This document shows positions 36,715-49,069 of a stretch of DNA of 64,000 nucleotides, piece after piece. A program made the translations under genes and the position numbers. This stretch comes from Isurus oxyrinchus. Lineage: Eukaryota. Where the stretch lies: positions 186,001 to 250,000 of the forward strand of contig JANJGN010000151.1 of assembly GCA_026770705.1 (NCBI GenBank), in the 5' to 3' direction. Position 1 is the stretch's first letter. Each line of letters begins with the position of its first letter. The notes beneath the pieces are model-generated. The model saw only the letters and a list, made by a program, of their open reading frames with translations, ran no database searches and was not told the DNA's origin.

Positions 36715-36810
36715 ACCTCTGATCCTCCTGAGGACAGCGGTTGAGTGACAAAATCTCCATGACTCAGAACAACAGGAAAGATCAAACTGGCGGGTATTTA
36801 ACATTCACGT
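36715..36810 (-). pseudogene. Family-E V 5' fragment
   Basis: aatgttaaatacccgc intron piece (cf. 22058) + SHGDFVTQPLSS. Confidence 0.55.
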
Positions 36811-37029
36811 TTGAACCATGTAGGAAATGAGAGGGAAAGAAAAATGTGTTTGACCCTCCACTAACGACACCACCATCATTTCACAAAGGACAATAACTTG
36901 ATTAGTGCCATCAGCAGGAGAATGGGGGTTTTATTCGGAAGGACACACCTGCTGCGAAGTGTCAGAGTTATCAGGAATAATAAGAGATAGTTCCGCTTTT
37001 CGCTGACTTTGTCGGTATCTCTGCAGTGA

Positions 37030-37480
37030 GTTCCTCTGTCGCAGCAGTAATATAGAGTGCCAGTCCCACTGTGATATCTGTGATACTGGAGAGATTGCTG
37101 CCATTATTTACTCATTGCCATTCATTGGGTCAGCAGAGCAGAAGGGTGCCATTGCCCTGCCTTTTCCCCATCCCCCGACACATTATTTCCATTCAAATAA
37201 TCATCTAATGCCCTCTTCAATGCCACGTGCAACAGTGCTGCCCTTACTGGGAATGTTATAACTTCTTGTTGGGTAAACGAATAGGTTGAAGAGTTTGCCT
37301 GTAATGTTTCTGATAACAGTCGATATGATAAATTTCGAGCATTTTTCTGACGTATCCTATGCCAGTGAATACTCTCAAGAGCCTCTGGTGATTACATTTT
37401 ACTGCATTTCATTCGATTGTCCTTCTTGTGTAAGGATCCGCTGTGACTGGTGGATCACAGTCTCTCCATCGAAAGCTGCT
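37030..37480 (-). pseudogene. Highly decayed V exon split by a small CR1 piece
   Basis: cagcag acceptor; GETVIHQSQRILTQEGQS..; IHWHR; TLYYCC. Confidence 0.45.
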
Positions 37481-38539
37481 GATACAAATGAGAAGAAACA
37501 TGTTCTGTTGGCAACACTATTCTCCGCAAAGTCCTCACCTAAAATCAAAACCGTGAAGCTGTAATTCCATTCATTGCGTTTTCCTGGTTCTTGAACACGT
37601 TGGATCAGGAATATTACTGGAGAATTGGTTTAATTTGGGGTCATTGAGATTTACAATTAAAGATATTTTTATGGTAAATATCTTTCATATCGTTGGCGAG
37701 GGAAAGGGAGCAAACTGACGCCAATGGAATTTTTTCCATTGACATGCCCTCTGGAGCCAGGTTTTTCACTTTTCCTCATCAATAAAGATACAACTGTCTC
37801 CCTAACTCGGGGTTCCAAAGAAGAGTTACATTGAACTCGAAACGTTAACTCTGTTTCTCTCTCCACAGATGCTGCTAGAACTGCTGTGCCTTTCCAGCAC
37901 TTCCTGTTTTTGTTTCAGATCTCCAGCATCCACAGTGTTTTGCTTTTATACAAGGATGGACCTCTATTGTGTCTGATGGGGACTGAGTACATCAATTGGT
38001 TTGAGGCTGCCTTTTCTGATGAATTTAATTCGGGCCCAGAAAATGATTAGACACCGCATTTGGTTTTGGAAACGAATGTCCTGATATAAAATGGAGAGTT
38101 TCTGAGGCCTGTTGTTGTGGCGACTAACTTCCTCTTCTACAACAGTAACAGGCATCTAATCCTGAAGACTCCCCAGGGAATGGAATGTAAAAACAACACT
38201 TGGATAACTTCAATGAATCAAATAATTACGATGGACTAGAGGGCCGCCTGGGCGGCTAAATATTTGTTTTTCAAACGTGTCTGTGAGGGACAGGCAGATG
38301 GAGAAGCGCATTGAGAGGCAGAGAGGAACAAAAACTGTGGGTGAGACAATGGCAAAAACACAGATGGAGATAAAGGGAGAGAGACTGAGTGAGGGGCAGA
38401 GAGGTAAACGCAGATGGAGATAAAGAGAGAAAAACAGGAGGGAAGAGAACGATACAATTGAAGGAGAGAGATGGAGATAAGCAGAGAGAGATAACAGAGG
38501 GAGAGACATTAAGAGAAATGAGAAAGAGAGAGAGATTTA

Positions 38540-38910
38540 GGGGGAGGCAATGGCCTAGTGGCATTGTCGCTGCATGAGTCATTCAGAGAGCCAAGGTTTA
38601 CCCTCGGTAACGCTCTGGGGATCGCCACAGCAGATGATGCAATTTGAATTCAATTAAAAAAAAACCTTGAATTAAACGCCTAATGATGACCATGAAACCA
38701 TTGCCGATTGTCATGAAAACCCATTTGGTTCACTATGCCCTTTAGGGAAGGAAATCTGCTGTCCTTACCTGGGCTGGCCCATATGTGACTCGAGACCTGC
38801 AGCAATGTGGTCAGCTCTTAAATGCCCGCTGAATAAGGGCAATTAAGGATGATCAACAAATGCTGGCCCAGCCAGCGACGCTCACATCTCACAAATGCAT
38901 AAAAAAAGTT
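38540..38910 (+). mobile_element. Near full-length tRNA-derived SINE
   Basis: A-box tggcctagtgg, conserved body, LINE-like tail and A-rich end. Confidence 0.75.
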
Positions 38911-40275
38911 GAAGATACACTGAAGGGAACAGATGCAGCAACATGAAGACATGCAAACTGAGAAATGAAGAGAAAAAATTAAAAATATAGCGAGTGAATC
39001 AGAGGGAGAGACTGTGATAGAAATGGAGACAAAGAGAGGAAAACAGGTGAAGATACGGAGAGATAAACAGGAGGAAAGGGAATGATAGAAATCAGTGAGA
39101 TAAACAGTCCGAGAGACACTGAGAGAAATGAGGGAGAACGGAGACAGGGAGGGAAATAGATGAAGACACATTGAAGGAAACAGATGCAGAAATATGAAGA
39201 CAATACAGAATGAGCAACGAAGAGAGACCAAACGAGAGAAACCGGCATAGACAGCGAGGGAATCTAAGGGATATAGTGAGAATAATAATGCTCGAAAGGG
39301 AGGCAGGAATTCCAGGAAGTCAAAGAAAAATAAGATAAGATAGCAGGCGATAGGGAAAGGATAATTTCCGAGAGGCATTTGGCCTCCTAGATTAATAGAG
39401 CAGTTTCATAATCACCATGTTACTGTGCCCATATCCGCTGCAGTGAATGCACAGAGACGATCAGGGAACTGCAATTACTGGAGCATGATATTGTTGCATG
39501 ATTATGTCGCATTTCTAGAGTTCTTCTTATTATTGTAATGTATCTTAGTGCAGGTGAACTTATACACGTGAGCTAATTTAAACTTTACTTTAAATCCTAG
39601 TGGTTCCCTTGTTTATTTTAATACCTCGGCCATTGCTGGTTAAAAGAAGCTTGCTTTAACGAAATGAAACAACCGAGATCCCGATGGGATGCCGAGTCTT
39701 AAATATCAACACAGACAAAGAATAGGACGCGTGCCATAGTTGGGATGTAAACTTAACTGTTTCTATTTTAATGCTGCCTCCGAGCTGCGGTTAAGTAGTT
39801 TATCTATTGTAGCTGCTCCTGTTGATTGAGGACTTTTCTGAACTTATTGAAATGGGAGACTGGGAAAAATTGGATTTTCTGCATTCTGAAATTAGGGAAA
39901 CCGGGTGACAGAGAAAGAGGCAGAGAAAGCATGTGTGACGGAGGGTCAGAAACAGCCAGAGGGGAGTTACAGCCACAGAGACCGAAAGACAAAGCGAGCC
40001 AGAGAGATCCTGAGACCAAGGGAGATCTCGAAAACCCGAGAAAGACAGGAAGAAAGAGAAACTCAGAAGAAATAATCGGCCCAAACTAACACTAATTGGT
40101 GCCCCAACTGTCATCAGTTCTGAGAGACCAGCCAATCCTGTCGCTGGGAAACGCCCCTCAGTTCCTCAGTAGGTGAAGTCTGCCCCTGAGCTGAATTTCC
40201 TCTTTAATATCAGAACAGAAGTGTCAACATATCTCAAATCTTATCTTATTTCTTCCGAGCTCTAATCCTGTCACC

Positions 40276-40748
40276 ATGTGCTCCCCATGTTCTTTGCTGC
40301 TAATAATGATCTTGCTACCTGGTGAGTCAATGTTTAAATGGTCGTGTCCGTTACTTGTGTTATCTTCACTCCCAGATATTTGATACATTCTGTGTTTTGT
40401 TGCAGGAATAAATGGTCAAGATTCAGTGTCCCAGGATTCCCTGAATTAAAGGTCCTGGAAGGACAGAGCATAAAACTGGATTGTAATTATTCGACGGCTG
40501 CTGTCCCAACCCTGTTCTGGTACATCCAGTATCCCGGGGAAGCTCCGACATATTTAATGAAGATATATAGCTCAGGGAATGTAGATAAGTCTCCAGATTT
40601 CCCAGACAGGTTCTCTGCTGTTTTGCACAAAGGAAACAAAACGGTTCATTTAAATATCACCGGGGCTCTTCTATCCGACGGCGCCGTGTTTTTCTGTGCC
40701 TTGGAACCCTCACTGCTGCAAAGATATAGGGGATGCCGTACAAAAACT
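40276..40748 (+). pseudogene. TCR V pseudogene, family B (leader 40276-40321, V 40406-40708)
   Basis: Intact leader MCSPCSLLLIMILLP; 1-nt deletion at ~40440 (gattccctgaa); rest open to DGAVFFCALEP; heptamer CTCACTG, 24-bp spacer, ACAAAAACT. Confidence 0.88.
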
Positions 40749-40753
40749 CCACT

Positions 40754-40787
40754 GGGATTTCCCATTAATGCTCAGCGGAGGGCGCTC
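40754..40787 (+). promoter_or_regulatory. RSS-proximal CTCF motif
   Basis: gggatttcc-cattaa-tgcTCAGCGGAGGGCGCTc, 23 bp past the nonamer. Confidence 0.7.
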
Positions 40788-41522
40788 TCACACCGCTAAA
40801 CTGAAGCAATAACTCAGCCTGTGAGGGTCACAGAGTCTTCAATAAAATATCAAAACAAAAACACAACGCTGAAGAACGGGTGAGCAGCAACTGAGGAATT
40901 ATATTAGCTGATTTTAACTTGCAACTGTAGTAAAATTTAATCCACAAATAAATTTGTATTGCACTAACTCACATTTAGTCTTTTGATGATCTTTCATTGC
41001 CTGCCTGAACTCTTATGCAGCCCTTTCCCCTTCTCCACTCTCTCCTTCAAGGCCCCTTTTGTCAAAGCCTGTACGTGGTGTTTATTTGACCAGAGTACTT
41101 TGCTGGTTCAAAAACAGTTTATAGAAAACGAAGACACTTTATCAGTTTGTGTTATCACTCTTTAAAACAAGCCCCGAGGACAGAGTTCCCGTAATGTTCA
41201 TTCTCCTTTCGAGTGTCAAACCTTTCCTGACGCCATTAACAAACCAGTGCTTCTGAATTGTAATAACTAGACCAGGGGGTCCAGTCCCATCCCTGTCCCT
41301 AACCATGTAACCATTCCTCTTGAAAGGACATTGACTATAGCTCAGCTCGGGTTGTTTCCATTCGCTGCCAGCGTGTTCCCAACTACAAACCTTAAAGCAT
41401 CACTGGATACACAAGGAAGTGAGGTGAGATGATGTTGAGAAACATCAGAAGATACTTGATGGTGAAGATTACAACAAGTTCCTTCTAATCACAATTTACA
41501 TTTTACAGAGCGGGCATCGACA

Positions 41523-42060
41523 ATGCAGCCACCCAGCATCTAGGTTGAAATGGTTGTCGGGAGGGGGTGAGGGGGAGGTTGGGGGCGGAGGGGGTGGGGG
41601 GAGGGTGCGGCGGGGGGAGGAGAGATAATTATGGCAAGTAATTGTGGAACAAACACATTTCGTCTCATTTCCGAATCAAGATTTCAATCCGAATTTTATA
41701 CACCCTCCAGTCAGTAATTTCCTGTTGGCACATGCATTTCAGATCTGAGTCATGGAGATGTTTTCATTCAGCTACTGTCCTCACTTGCTTCGACGAAAGA
41801 GATGTGGCTGCTTTAAGTATCATTTATGACACTACATGGGGTGAACTGTGTTTTATTCTGTTACTGGCTGGCCCCGATCTGGCTGTATTTACAGGGACAG
41901 TCTTACATCTGTTTTCAGGCAATTGCTGAGGCAAGAAAATAGCAACAGCACCTTTCAGGCAGTCACATCTCTCTCCCTGAGTGGAGAAAGTTAACTTTGA
42001 CGAGTTGGTCCGAAGGAGGACTCGCAGCCGGAGTTTACGATGAAAATCAGTCTCATCCGG
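41523..42060 (+). pseudogene. Decayed family-E V
   Basis: Leader remnant and tttcag-atctgagtcatggagat exon start; inverted paralog of 49070-49560. Confidence 0.65.
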
Positions 42061-42095
42061 GTACTTTGGGCTGTGTCTGGCAGATCCTGTCTGAT

Positions 42096-42290
42096 GGGGC
42101 TTGCATCGAATCTCGAGCAGGTGCAGCCACAAGGTTCAGCGGCGCTGTCAGCTGCTCAAACACAAACCGAGAGGAAACCACATTCATTTCGGATCAAACT
42201 GTCACCCAACTGTTTCCAACAGCGGCCGAGAAAACAAACTGCAGATTCCAGCCCTACCGACAGATCGACCACCAAATGAATCTACAGGTT
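42096..42290 (+). repeat. Locus-specific RSS-like repeat (copy 3)
   Basis: GGGGCTTGC-12-gcaggtg-cagc-CACAAGG-25-ACACAAACC. Confidence 0.8.
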
Positions 42291-42398
42291 AAACCGTCTT
42301 TCCTGTTCCTGTTTCCTGTTTTATTTCCCTTAAACTCAGGATTCGATATTCAGATCAGCTCCGAGGAAAAATGTTTCTGTTCCACAAACCAGACAGCC

Positions 42399-42545
42399 TG
42401 ACGTCACACAGTCTGTCGGATGACGTCACAAAGTTTACAAGGTGATGCTACACAGACAGACCTACGTCACGCAGGCCGCAGAATTACGTCACACTGGCGG
42501 TTACTCTGACGCATGAGCACCCCTCTCTCCCACACTCCATAAATG
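42399..42545 (+). promoter_or_regulatory. CRE/ATF site cluster, promoter of family-F leader
   Basis: TGACGTCA at 42399 and 42421; ctacgtca ~42462; ttacgtca ~42484; tgacgca ~42507. Confidence 0.7.
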
Positions 42546-42756
42546 CTGAAGCTCCCTCAAAGCTTCACTTTGTGATGACAAGTCCTAGAGACCCGAGTCC
42601 TCCAGACAAAGTGTAATTGATGTTGGGTTCAGTTTGATTACACAACAGCGATGCCTTCGCCAGGTCCCTCTCTTGATTTGAATCTTCTGATTCACCAATT
42701 GCCTGAAAACAGATGTAAGACTGTCCCTGTAAATACAAGTCGATAACAGCCGACGC

Positions 42757-42814
42757 ATGAATCTGAGCTTCACTTTAGTGATTACTTTCCTGGATATCTT
42801 ACTCTTTCCAACGC
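42757..42814 (+). pseudogene. Orphan family-F leader exon
   Basis: MNLSFTLVITFLDILLFPT, paralog of 48379-48436; donor lost, no matching V exon. Confidence 0.7.
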
Positions 42815-42929
42815 ATGAGGGTGATCTCTATTTCTGACAGCAATATTTCACTCATCAGATCCGTTATCTTCTGCTGGACTTTGCTATATTGTATTATCTT
42901 GTACGATGCTGAATTGTAATTTTACAGGA

Positions 42930-44060
42930 TGCTTGCTGGGCCAGAATTTATTGCCTGTCCCTAATAACCGTTGAGAATGTGGCGGTGTGCTGCCTTCTCG
43001 AGCTGTTGCAGTCCCTGTGGTGAAGGTGCACTCGTGCTGCTGCTAGGAAAGGAGTTCCAGGATTTTGACACAGCGATAGTGAAGGAAAGGCGATATATTT
43101 CAAAGTCAAGTTGGTGTGTGACTTGGAGGGGAAATTCCAGGCGGTGGTGTTCCCATCTATCTGTTGTCCTTGTCCTTCTAGGTGGTAGTCGTCGTGGGTT
43201 TGGAAGGTGCTGTCTAAGGCGCCTTGATGAGTTCCTGCAGTGCATTTCGTAGATAGTACACACTGCTGCTACTGTGCCACGTAGTGGAGGGATTCAATGT
43301 TTGTGGATGTGGTGCCAATCAAGTGGGCTGCTTTGTCCTGGATGGTGTCAAGTTTCCTGGGTGTTGTTGGAGCTCCACTCATCCATGCAAGTGGGGACTA
43401 TTCCATCACACTCCTCACTCGTGCCTTGCAGATAGTGGACAGGTATTGGTGTGTCAGGAGGTGAGTTATTTGCCACAGGATTACTAGCCTCTGAACTGCT
43501 TTTGTAGCCAGTATTTATACGGCTAGTCCAGTTCAGTTCCTGGTCAATAGTAGCCCCCAGGGTGTGCCTAGTGCGGGATTCAGCGGTGGTAATACCGTTG
43601 CACATCAAAGGCGATTCTCCCTTGTTGGAGATGGTCATTGCTTGTCACTTGTGTGGTGTGAATGTTACTTGCCACTTTTCAGCCCAAGCCTGGATATTAT
43701 CCAGCCCTTGTTGCATTTGGACATGGACTGCTTCAGTATCTGAGGAGTCACGAATTGCTGAACATTTTGCAATCATCAGCGTACATCTCCACTTCTGACC
43801 TTATGATGGAAGGAAGTTCATTGATGAAGCAGCTAAAGATGGTTGGACCTAGGACACTACCCTGAGGAACTCCTGTAGCTGAGATGACTGACCTGCAACA
43901 ACCACAACCATCCTCCTTTGTGTTAAGTATGACTCCAACCAGCGGAGAATTTTCTCCTGATTCCCATTGACTCCAGTTTTGCTAGGGCTCCTTGAAGTCA
44001 CAATCCATCAAATGTGGCCTTGATATCAACGGTAGTCACGATCACCTCACTTCCTCACCT
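42930..44060 (-). mobile_element. LINE (L2/CR1-group) 3' ~1.1 kb
   Basis: RT and 3' motifs (gtcctaggtccaaccatcttt, LGATIDQELNW..IN, SWNSFP). Confidence 0.78.
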
Positions 44061-44239
44061 GAAAAGCCGTTTAAAATTCAGTTACTGTCTGTCGAAGTCT
44101 ACACCAGACACTACGTACTCTCTACGGCCCTTTCTGATAACGGTCATGCTGTTTGTTAATTCTATATTTAAAGCGTCATTGTCTATTTCATGTGTTAAAT
44201 TCAATTCCAGACTTTGACACCTTCTTTGTTTTGTTACAG

Positions 44240-44490
44240 TAACAAGTGGTGTCAACCAAGTGTCCCAAGATCCCGTTGAGTTAACTGTGTGGGAGAACAG
44301 ACCATAATGGTCTGCTATAGTTATTCCATGCCTGTGAGCTTTCTCTACATCTGTTGGTACATCAAATGTTCGGGTAAGCTCCGAGACATTTACTGAAGAG
44401 CTATAACTCGGGCCATGGAGTCGAGTCTCAAAATTTCCCAGGCCTGCTCTCTGCTGATTTGGACAAGGCCGAATACAACAATACAAATGT
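44240..44490 (+). pseudogene. Decayed family-B V exon, 3'-truncated
   Basis: ttgttacag acceptor; VSQDPVEL..; tggtacatcaa..gctccgagacatttactgaag matches 40406-40640. Confidence 0.7.
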
Positions 44491-44593
44491 TTCAAAATAA
44501 ACTTGTCAGCTCCTGTTCTCTGTGAGCTCGGGAGCAAACTAAAGTCGCAGATAGACATTAAAAACACTTAGCTGAGTAGTGAATACTCGCTGA

Positions 44594-44805
44594 GTTTTCT
44601 GTACGGGTTTTCGGCTTTTAACTGACACTGGGCCTCAGAGCGCTCTCCGCACTCAGGCCACTTATTTTGAGATAACCGGACTTCTTAGATGCGTCAGCAG
44701 CCGCCAGTTATCGTCCTGAGATTTCAACTATTTTCAGTCCTATTAGTTTGCTGATTACCCAACTTACAGGTTGTGCCGGTTTCTGCCGATACCATTGCCA
44801 TAGTT
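44594..44805 (-). pseudogene. Family-D V 3' half with RSS
   Basis: QWYRQKPAQPVSWVIS..SGYLKISGLSAE, YYC deleted; CCCAGTG-23-ACAGAAAAC; 5' part replaced by CR1. Confidence 0.78.
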
Positions 44806-44809
44806 TTAG

Positions 44810-45115
44810 GCTAAGGGGTGGCAGATTTAAATCATAAATGAGGAGCAATTACTTTTCTCAAAGGGCCGTGAATCTGTGGAATTCACTACCTCAGAGTGCA
44901 ATGTATGCCAGGACGTTGAATAAATTGAAGGAGGAGATAGACAGATTTTCAATTAGTAATGGGTTGAGAGGTTATGGGGAGAGGATGGGATATTGCAGTT
45001 GAGGCCGAAATGAAATCAGCCGTGATCGTATTGAATAGCTGGGCAGGTTCGAGGGACTGAATCGCCTACACCTGCTGCTCGTTCTTATATTCTTATGTTA
45101 TGTTTTATGTTCTTA
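44810..45115 (+). mobile_element. CR1 3' end
   Basis: gtgaatctgtggaattcactacc.. and (ttcttatg)n tail. Confidence 0.8.
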
Positions 45116-45569
45116 TTTCACTGCCATTTGTTCAGAGCTGGAACCACTGCAGAATATCCGGCTATGTGGAAAATGCGGAGACGAAAGATGAATTGTATAA
45201 CTCTTTCCATGAAGTCTAGACGTGACTCAGTCCTTCTTCTAAGATTCTAAACACCTTATTTGGTTTCAGTCAGTTGAACAGTGAGCAGGTGCAGGATGGT
45301 TAGAGAATTCTGCAGATTCAACCGTCGCTATTTCCGCTCCAGCAGTACCAGGTGCAGCTAAGAGTACTGCACACTTCATTCAATATTCAGTCTGCGCCCA
45401 CAGTTTCCGTTTTCTGCTGTTGCTCTGATCCGATTGTGCATTGGAGTGATTGCTGCCGCTGGTCCATCCCTGCCATTGGTTGGGTCAGCAGTGCAGTGGG
45501 ACAGGGATCTGTATTTCTGCTCTGGCAGAGAATTTCCTGCATTGCACAGTTGCAGACTCAGGAAGTTCC

Positions 45570-46100
45570 ATGGGGAACCGTCTCGCTCCGCTCCTCATCA
45601 CTTCTCAGTAAGTACTTCCTTCCCAGTAAAACTCCATTCTCTTCCTGATGCTGTAACCCAGATGTTGTTTTTAGTAAGAAAATGGTGATGTTGATGACGA
45701 TTATGTTTACTTAAATGAGGCTGATGCTGATTGTTGTTATTGCTATTGTTTTATGTTAGAATGGAGCCAACCAGAGACAGTGGAACAACCGGTTGCTGAA
45801 ATAACGGCGGAAGATTAAAGTAATGTCACACTAACTTGCACCTTGAAAACAAGCGATTCTAACCCTTATGTGTACTGGTACAGTCAGCGCCGCGGGCAGC
45901 CTCCACAGTACATGCTTCACATTCGGGGAGGGAAACAATACAGACACACCGACATCACCGATCGCTTTTCAGCTATGTTAAATAAAACAGCCAAGATTAC
46001 CGAGCTAATGATCTGCAATGCCCTGATCTCTGACAGCGCGGTATATTTCTGCGCCAGAGAGCCCATACTGTTGCAGAGACGTGGACCCCGTTCAAAAACC
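45570..46100 (+). pseudogene. TCR V pseudogene, family A (leader 45570-45607, V 45760-46063)
   Basis: 8-nt leader deletion, TAA after AED; otherwise very close to 130-628; CATACTG-21-TCAAAAACC. Confidence 0.9.
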
Positions 46101-46107
46101 CCACACT

Positions 46108-46142
46108 GAGAGTTCCAGTTAGTGCTCAGCAGAGGGCGCTCT
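46108..46142 (+). promoter_or_regulatory. RSS-proximal CTCF motif
   Basis: gagagttcc-agttag-tgcTCAGCAGAGGGCGCTct, 25 bp past the nonamer. Confidence 0.78.
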
Positions 46143-47012
46143 CACACCCATAAATAGAAACAATAATCATGCCTCCACAGTGGGAGGCACAGAGACCGTC
46201 CTAAAATTGCACCAAAACACAACCCCTTACAAGAACTGACAATGATCACTTCAGCAGTAATATCAATGTGCGTTTTCAACTCTCACACCTAAGAAAAATG
46301 AACACTACGAATCGATATATGGTGCTTTAACTCATCTTTCTTTTCCTTGGATGCGTTTCCCTGCCGACTTGTTCTCTCTCAGCCTCTGTCTCCACCCGTT
46401 ACGAATAATTTCAGACATTCCCTTCTTCCTGTCTTTAGTTTAACCGTTTCAGACCATTGATACTTGTTGAACATTAACACAGACTAATCCAGCTGCCCAT
46501 AGATACAACCCTCGTTTTATCCCAAGTCGCTAATGATAATTCCCTTTATTATTGAATAATTTACTAATTCTGACTTGCCGGTGCTCACCCTGCTCTCCCC
46601 CAATATGGAATGAATATGAAAGTGCCGCAGCTGTTATAGAGAGGCAGAGTTATGTCATTTTCGAAGGGGACAATACTATTGACTTCAGCTGCTTACAAAT
46701 GGATTCCATGTGTGACAAGACTTCCTGATGTAGCCCCGCCCACAGCTTCCGTTTGCTGTCGCCTCTCTGACCCGCCTTATTATTGGACCGAATGCTGCCT
46801 GTGTTCTAGTTGGCATTGTTTGGGTTGGCAGTTCAGTGGGGCCGGGCTCGGTATTTCTGCTCTGACAGAGGTTTTCCCGGACTGCAGCAATGCAGAGGAG
46901 GACCATCCTGTGGAACACCCTCAGTCCGCTCATCATCATTATCTTACTTCTCAATACATATTTCCTTCCTAGTGAAACTCTATTCACTCCATTCTGGGAA
47001 TTCTTGTCGGTT

Positions 47013-47190
47013 GAGGTTTGCATCGAATTTCGGGCAGGTGCAGCCAGAATGTCCAGCGGTGCTGTCAACCGCTCAAACACACACCGAGAGGAAACCACTT
47101 TAACCTCAGATCAAACTGTCACCCAACTGTTTCCAGGAGCGACCGAGAGAACAAACTGCAGAATCCGATCCGACTGACAGATCATCACAG
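47013..47190 (+). repeat. Locus-specific RSS-like repeat (copy 4), after an orphan family-A promoter/leader (46700-46975)
   Basis: Direct paralog of 1280-1770. Confidence 0.8.
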
Positions 47191-47935
47191 AATCAGATTT
47201 GAAGATACCCATTCCAATCCCCACCCTTAATAGTTTGCTGCTATGTGTCAGGTAGTTTTCATCTCACTTCTTTGTGTCTCCATGGGTCCGTGAGATCCTT
47301 CGGTGGTGAGCTGACTGACATTGAATGGAAAAATCCTGAGCTGGACTACAGTCAGATAGGGGAAATCCTGCACTTTTAGAGATGGGCGTGGTGGTGGGGG
47401 GAGGTGGGGGGGCGCGGAGTTCAATCCTGATCTGTTCATTATCACTAGCAAATTTGGGATTGTTAATGGGTACAGAAAATATTCCAGCATTGAATGAACA
47501 TTCTGAAGCTCAATGGTCAGTGGGTGAACTCGAGATCTGAAGTTTGTTTTAGACATCACAGTCACTGCCTGGTGAGCTGGGTTCATTGTGTATAAATGGG
47601 GAAGGGTTGTTCAATATTACAGACAGGCACTGAAACTGCATAAAAAGGCAATAAGTAAATGAAAGTGATCAAATTGATTTATGAAAATCGATTATGGTAC
47701 AAATTCGAGTTGAAATCAACTAATATAATTGCGCAAGTGTTCCTCAGCTCTTCTTCTTTGCTGCTGTTATTAGGTGTTTTAGGAAGGTCCCTGTGACCCT
47801 CACTGTGGAGGCTCCTTTATTGCTTTTGTTTAGCCGGAGTGAGACTGCCCGCTCTGATGTCTGTACCGATTACAATCCGTCAGCGTCTCGCTGGCAGGTG
47901 TTTGTACGATCTCTACTGATCTTTGCTGGACTGTG

Positions 47936-48436
47936 TCCCAACCGCATAGAAATAAGTGGTGGTGTCTGTCACTCGAGCGTCACTAACATTCAGAGCACTG
48001 CTCTTCTCTACTGCAATCAACCGAGCTGTGATCCTGTCCCGAACACTGGCCAGGTGCTGCACGATTCTGTCCGGGTGTTGCCTGTACCAGTGTAGGATCT
48101 GTCCTCCTACTCTAATGGAACAGCTGAACGATGAAGTTTCTCCTTTGGTAGCAACCACTGACTTGGGAGATTGTGACATTTCTTCACTGTCAGTGGAGTC
48201 TGAGAAGAATATGTAGATATAGAGTAATAAGATGAAATCAATATTATCTAGCACAATAAACTATAATATAGCACAATAAGAACAAGATAATAGAAGATAT
48301 GCAATAAAGTAAAGTACAATGTAAAACAACATAAGGGATGTATAAAATATTCTGGTCAGGAATAGTGAGCACACTAACACGGAGGGAAAAGTAAGAAATC
48401 CAGGGAGATGATCACTAAAGTGAGGCTCAGCTTCAT
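47936..48436 (-). CDS. TCR V segment, family F, open frame but second Cys replaced by Tyr (leader 48379-48436, V 47936-48199)
   Basis: MKLSLTLVIISLDFLLFPP T|gttagt; ttctcag acceptor; EEMSQSP..FSC..HWYRQ..TDTTTYFYAVG; RSS CACAGTC-23-ACAAACACC at 47897-47935. Confidence 0.75.
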
Positions 48437-48849
48437 GTCGGACCCTATCGACTTCAGTAAAGTAACTCTCAACAGATTCAGGCCAAGAGGCGCTGTCGGG
48501 GGAGGCAGCGCTGTGCCCTATCAAACTGAGCCCAACACCAGTTACACTGCGTCCGCCAGACCGGAGTCTCTGGGACTTGTGATCACAAACTGAAGCTGCG
48601 ATGGAGCTTCAGCATGATGGGGCGTGGGGGAAGGGAGTACGCATGCGTCAGAGCATCCGCCAGTAAGACTCCACCCACAGCCTGTGTGACGTCACCCTGC
48701 AGCTGTGAGACGTCTTCGCCCTGCAGTCAGTGTGATGTCAGACGGTCTGGTTTGAGGATCAGAAACATCTTTCCCGGAGCTGATCTGAATATCGAGCTCG
48801 GAGTTTAAGGGAAATAAAAGCTGATCAGAAACAGGAAAGATGGTTTAAC

Positions 48850-49036
48850 CTGTAGATTTATTTGACATGTGTTCGGTAGGGTCGGATTCTGCAGTTTGTT
48901 TTCTTGGCCGCTGCTGGAAACAGTTGTTGCCGGTTTGATCCGAGGTGAATGTGGTTTTCTCTCAGTGTGTGTTTGAGTTGCTGACAGCGCCGCTGGACAT
49001 TATGGCTGCACCTGCCCTGGATTCTGTACAAACCCC
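48850..49036 (-). repeat. Locus-specific RSS-like repeat (copy 5)
   Basis: GGGGTTTGT-12-gcaggtg-cagc-CATAATG-25-ACACACACT. Confidence 0.8.
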
Positions 49037-49069
49037 AACAGGCAGGAGCTCCCAAGCACAGCACAAAGT

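Noticed and set aside
39395-39480. CACAGTA after LQFPD-like sequence on minus strand
   Set aside because: No nonamer and no supporting V exon
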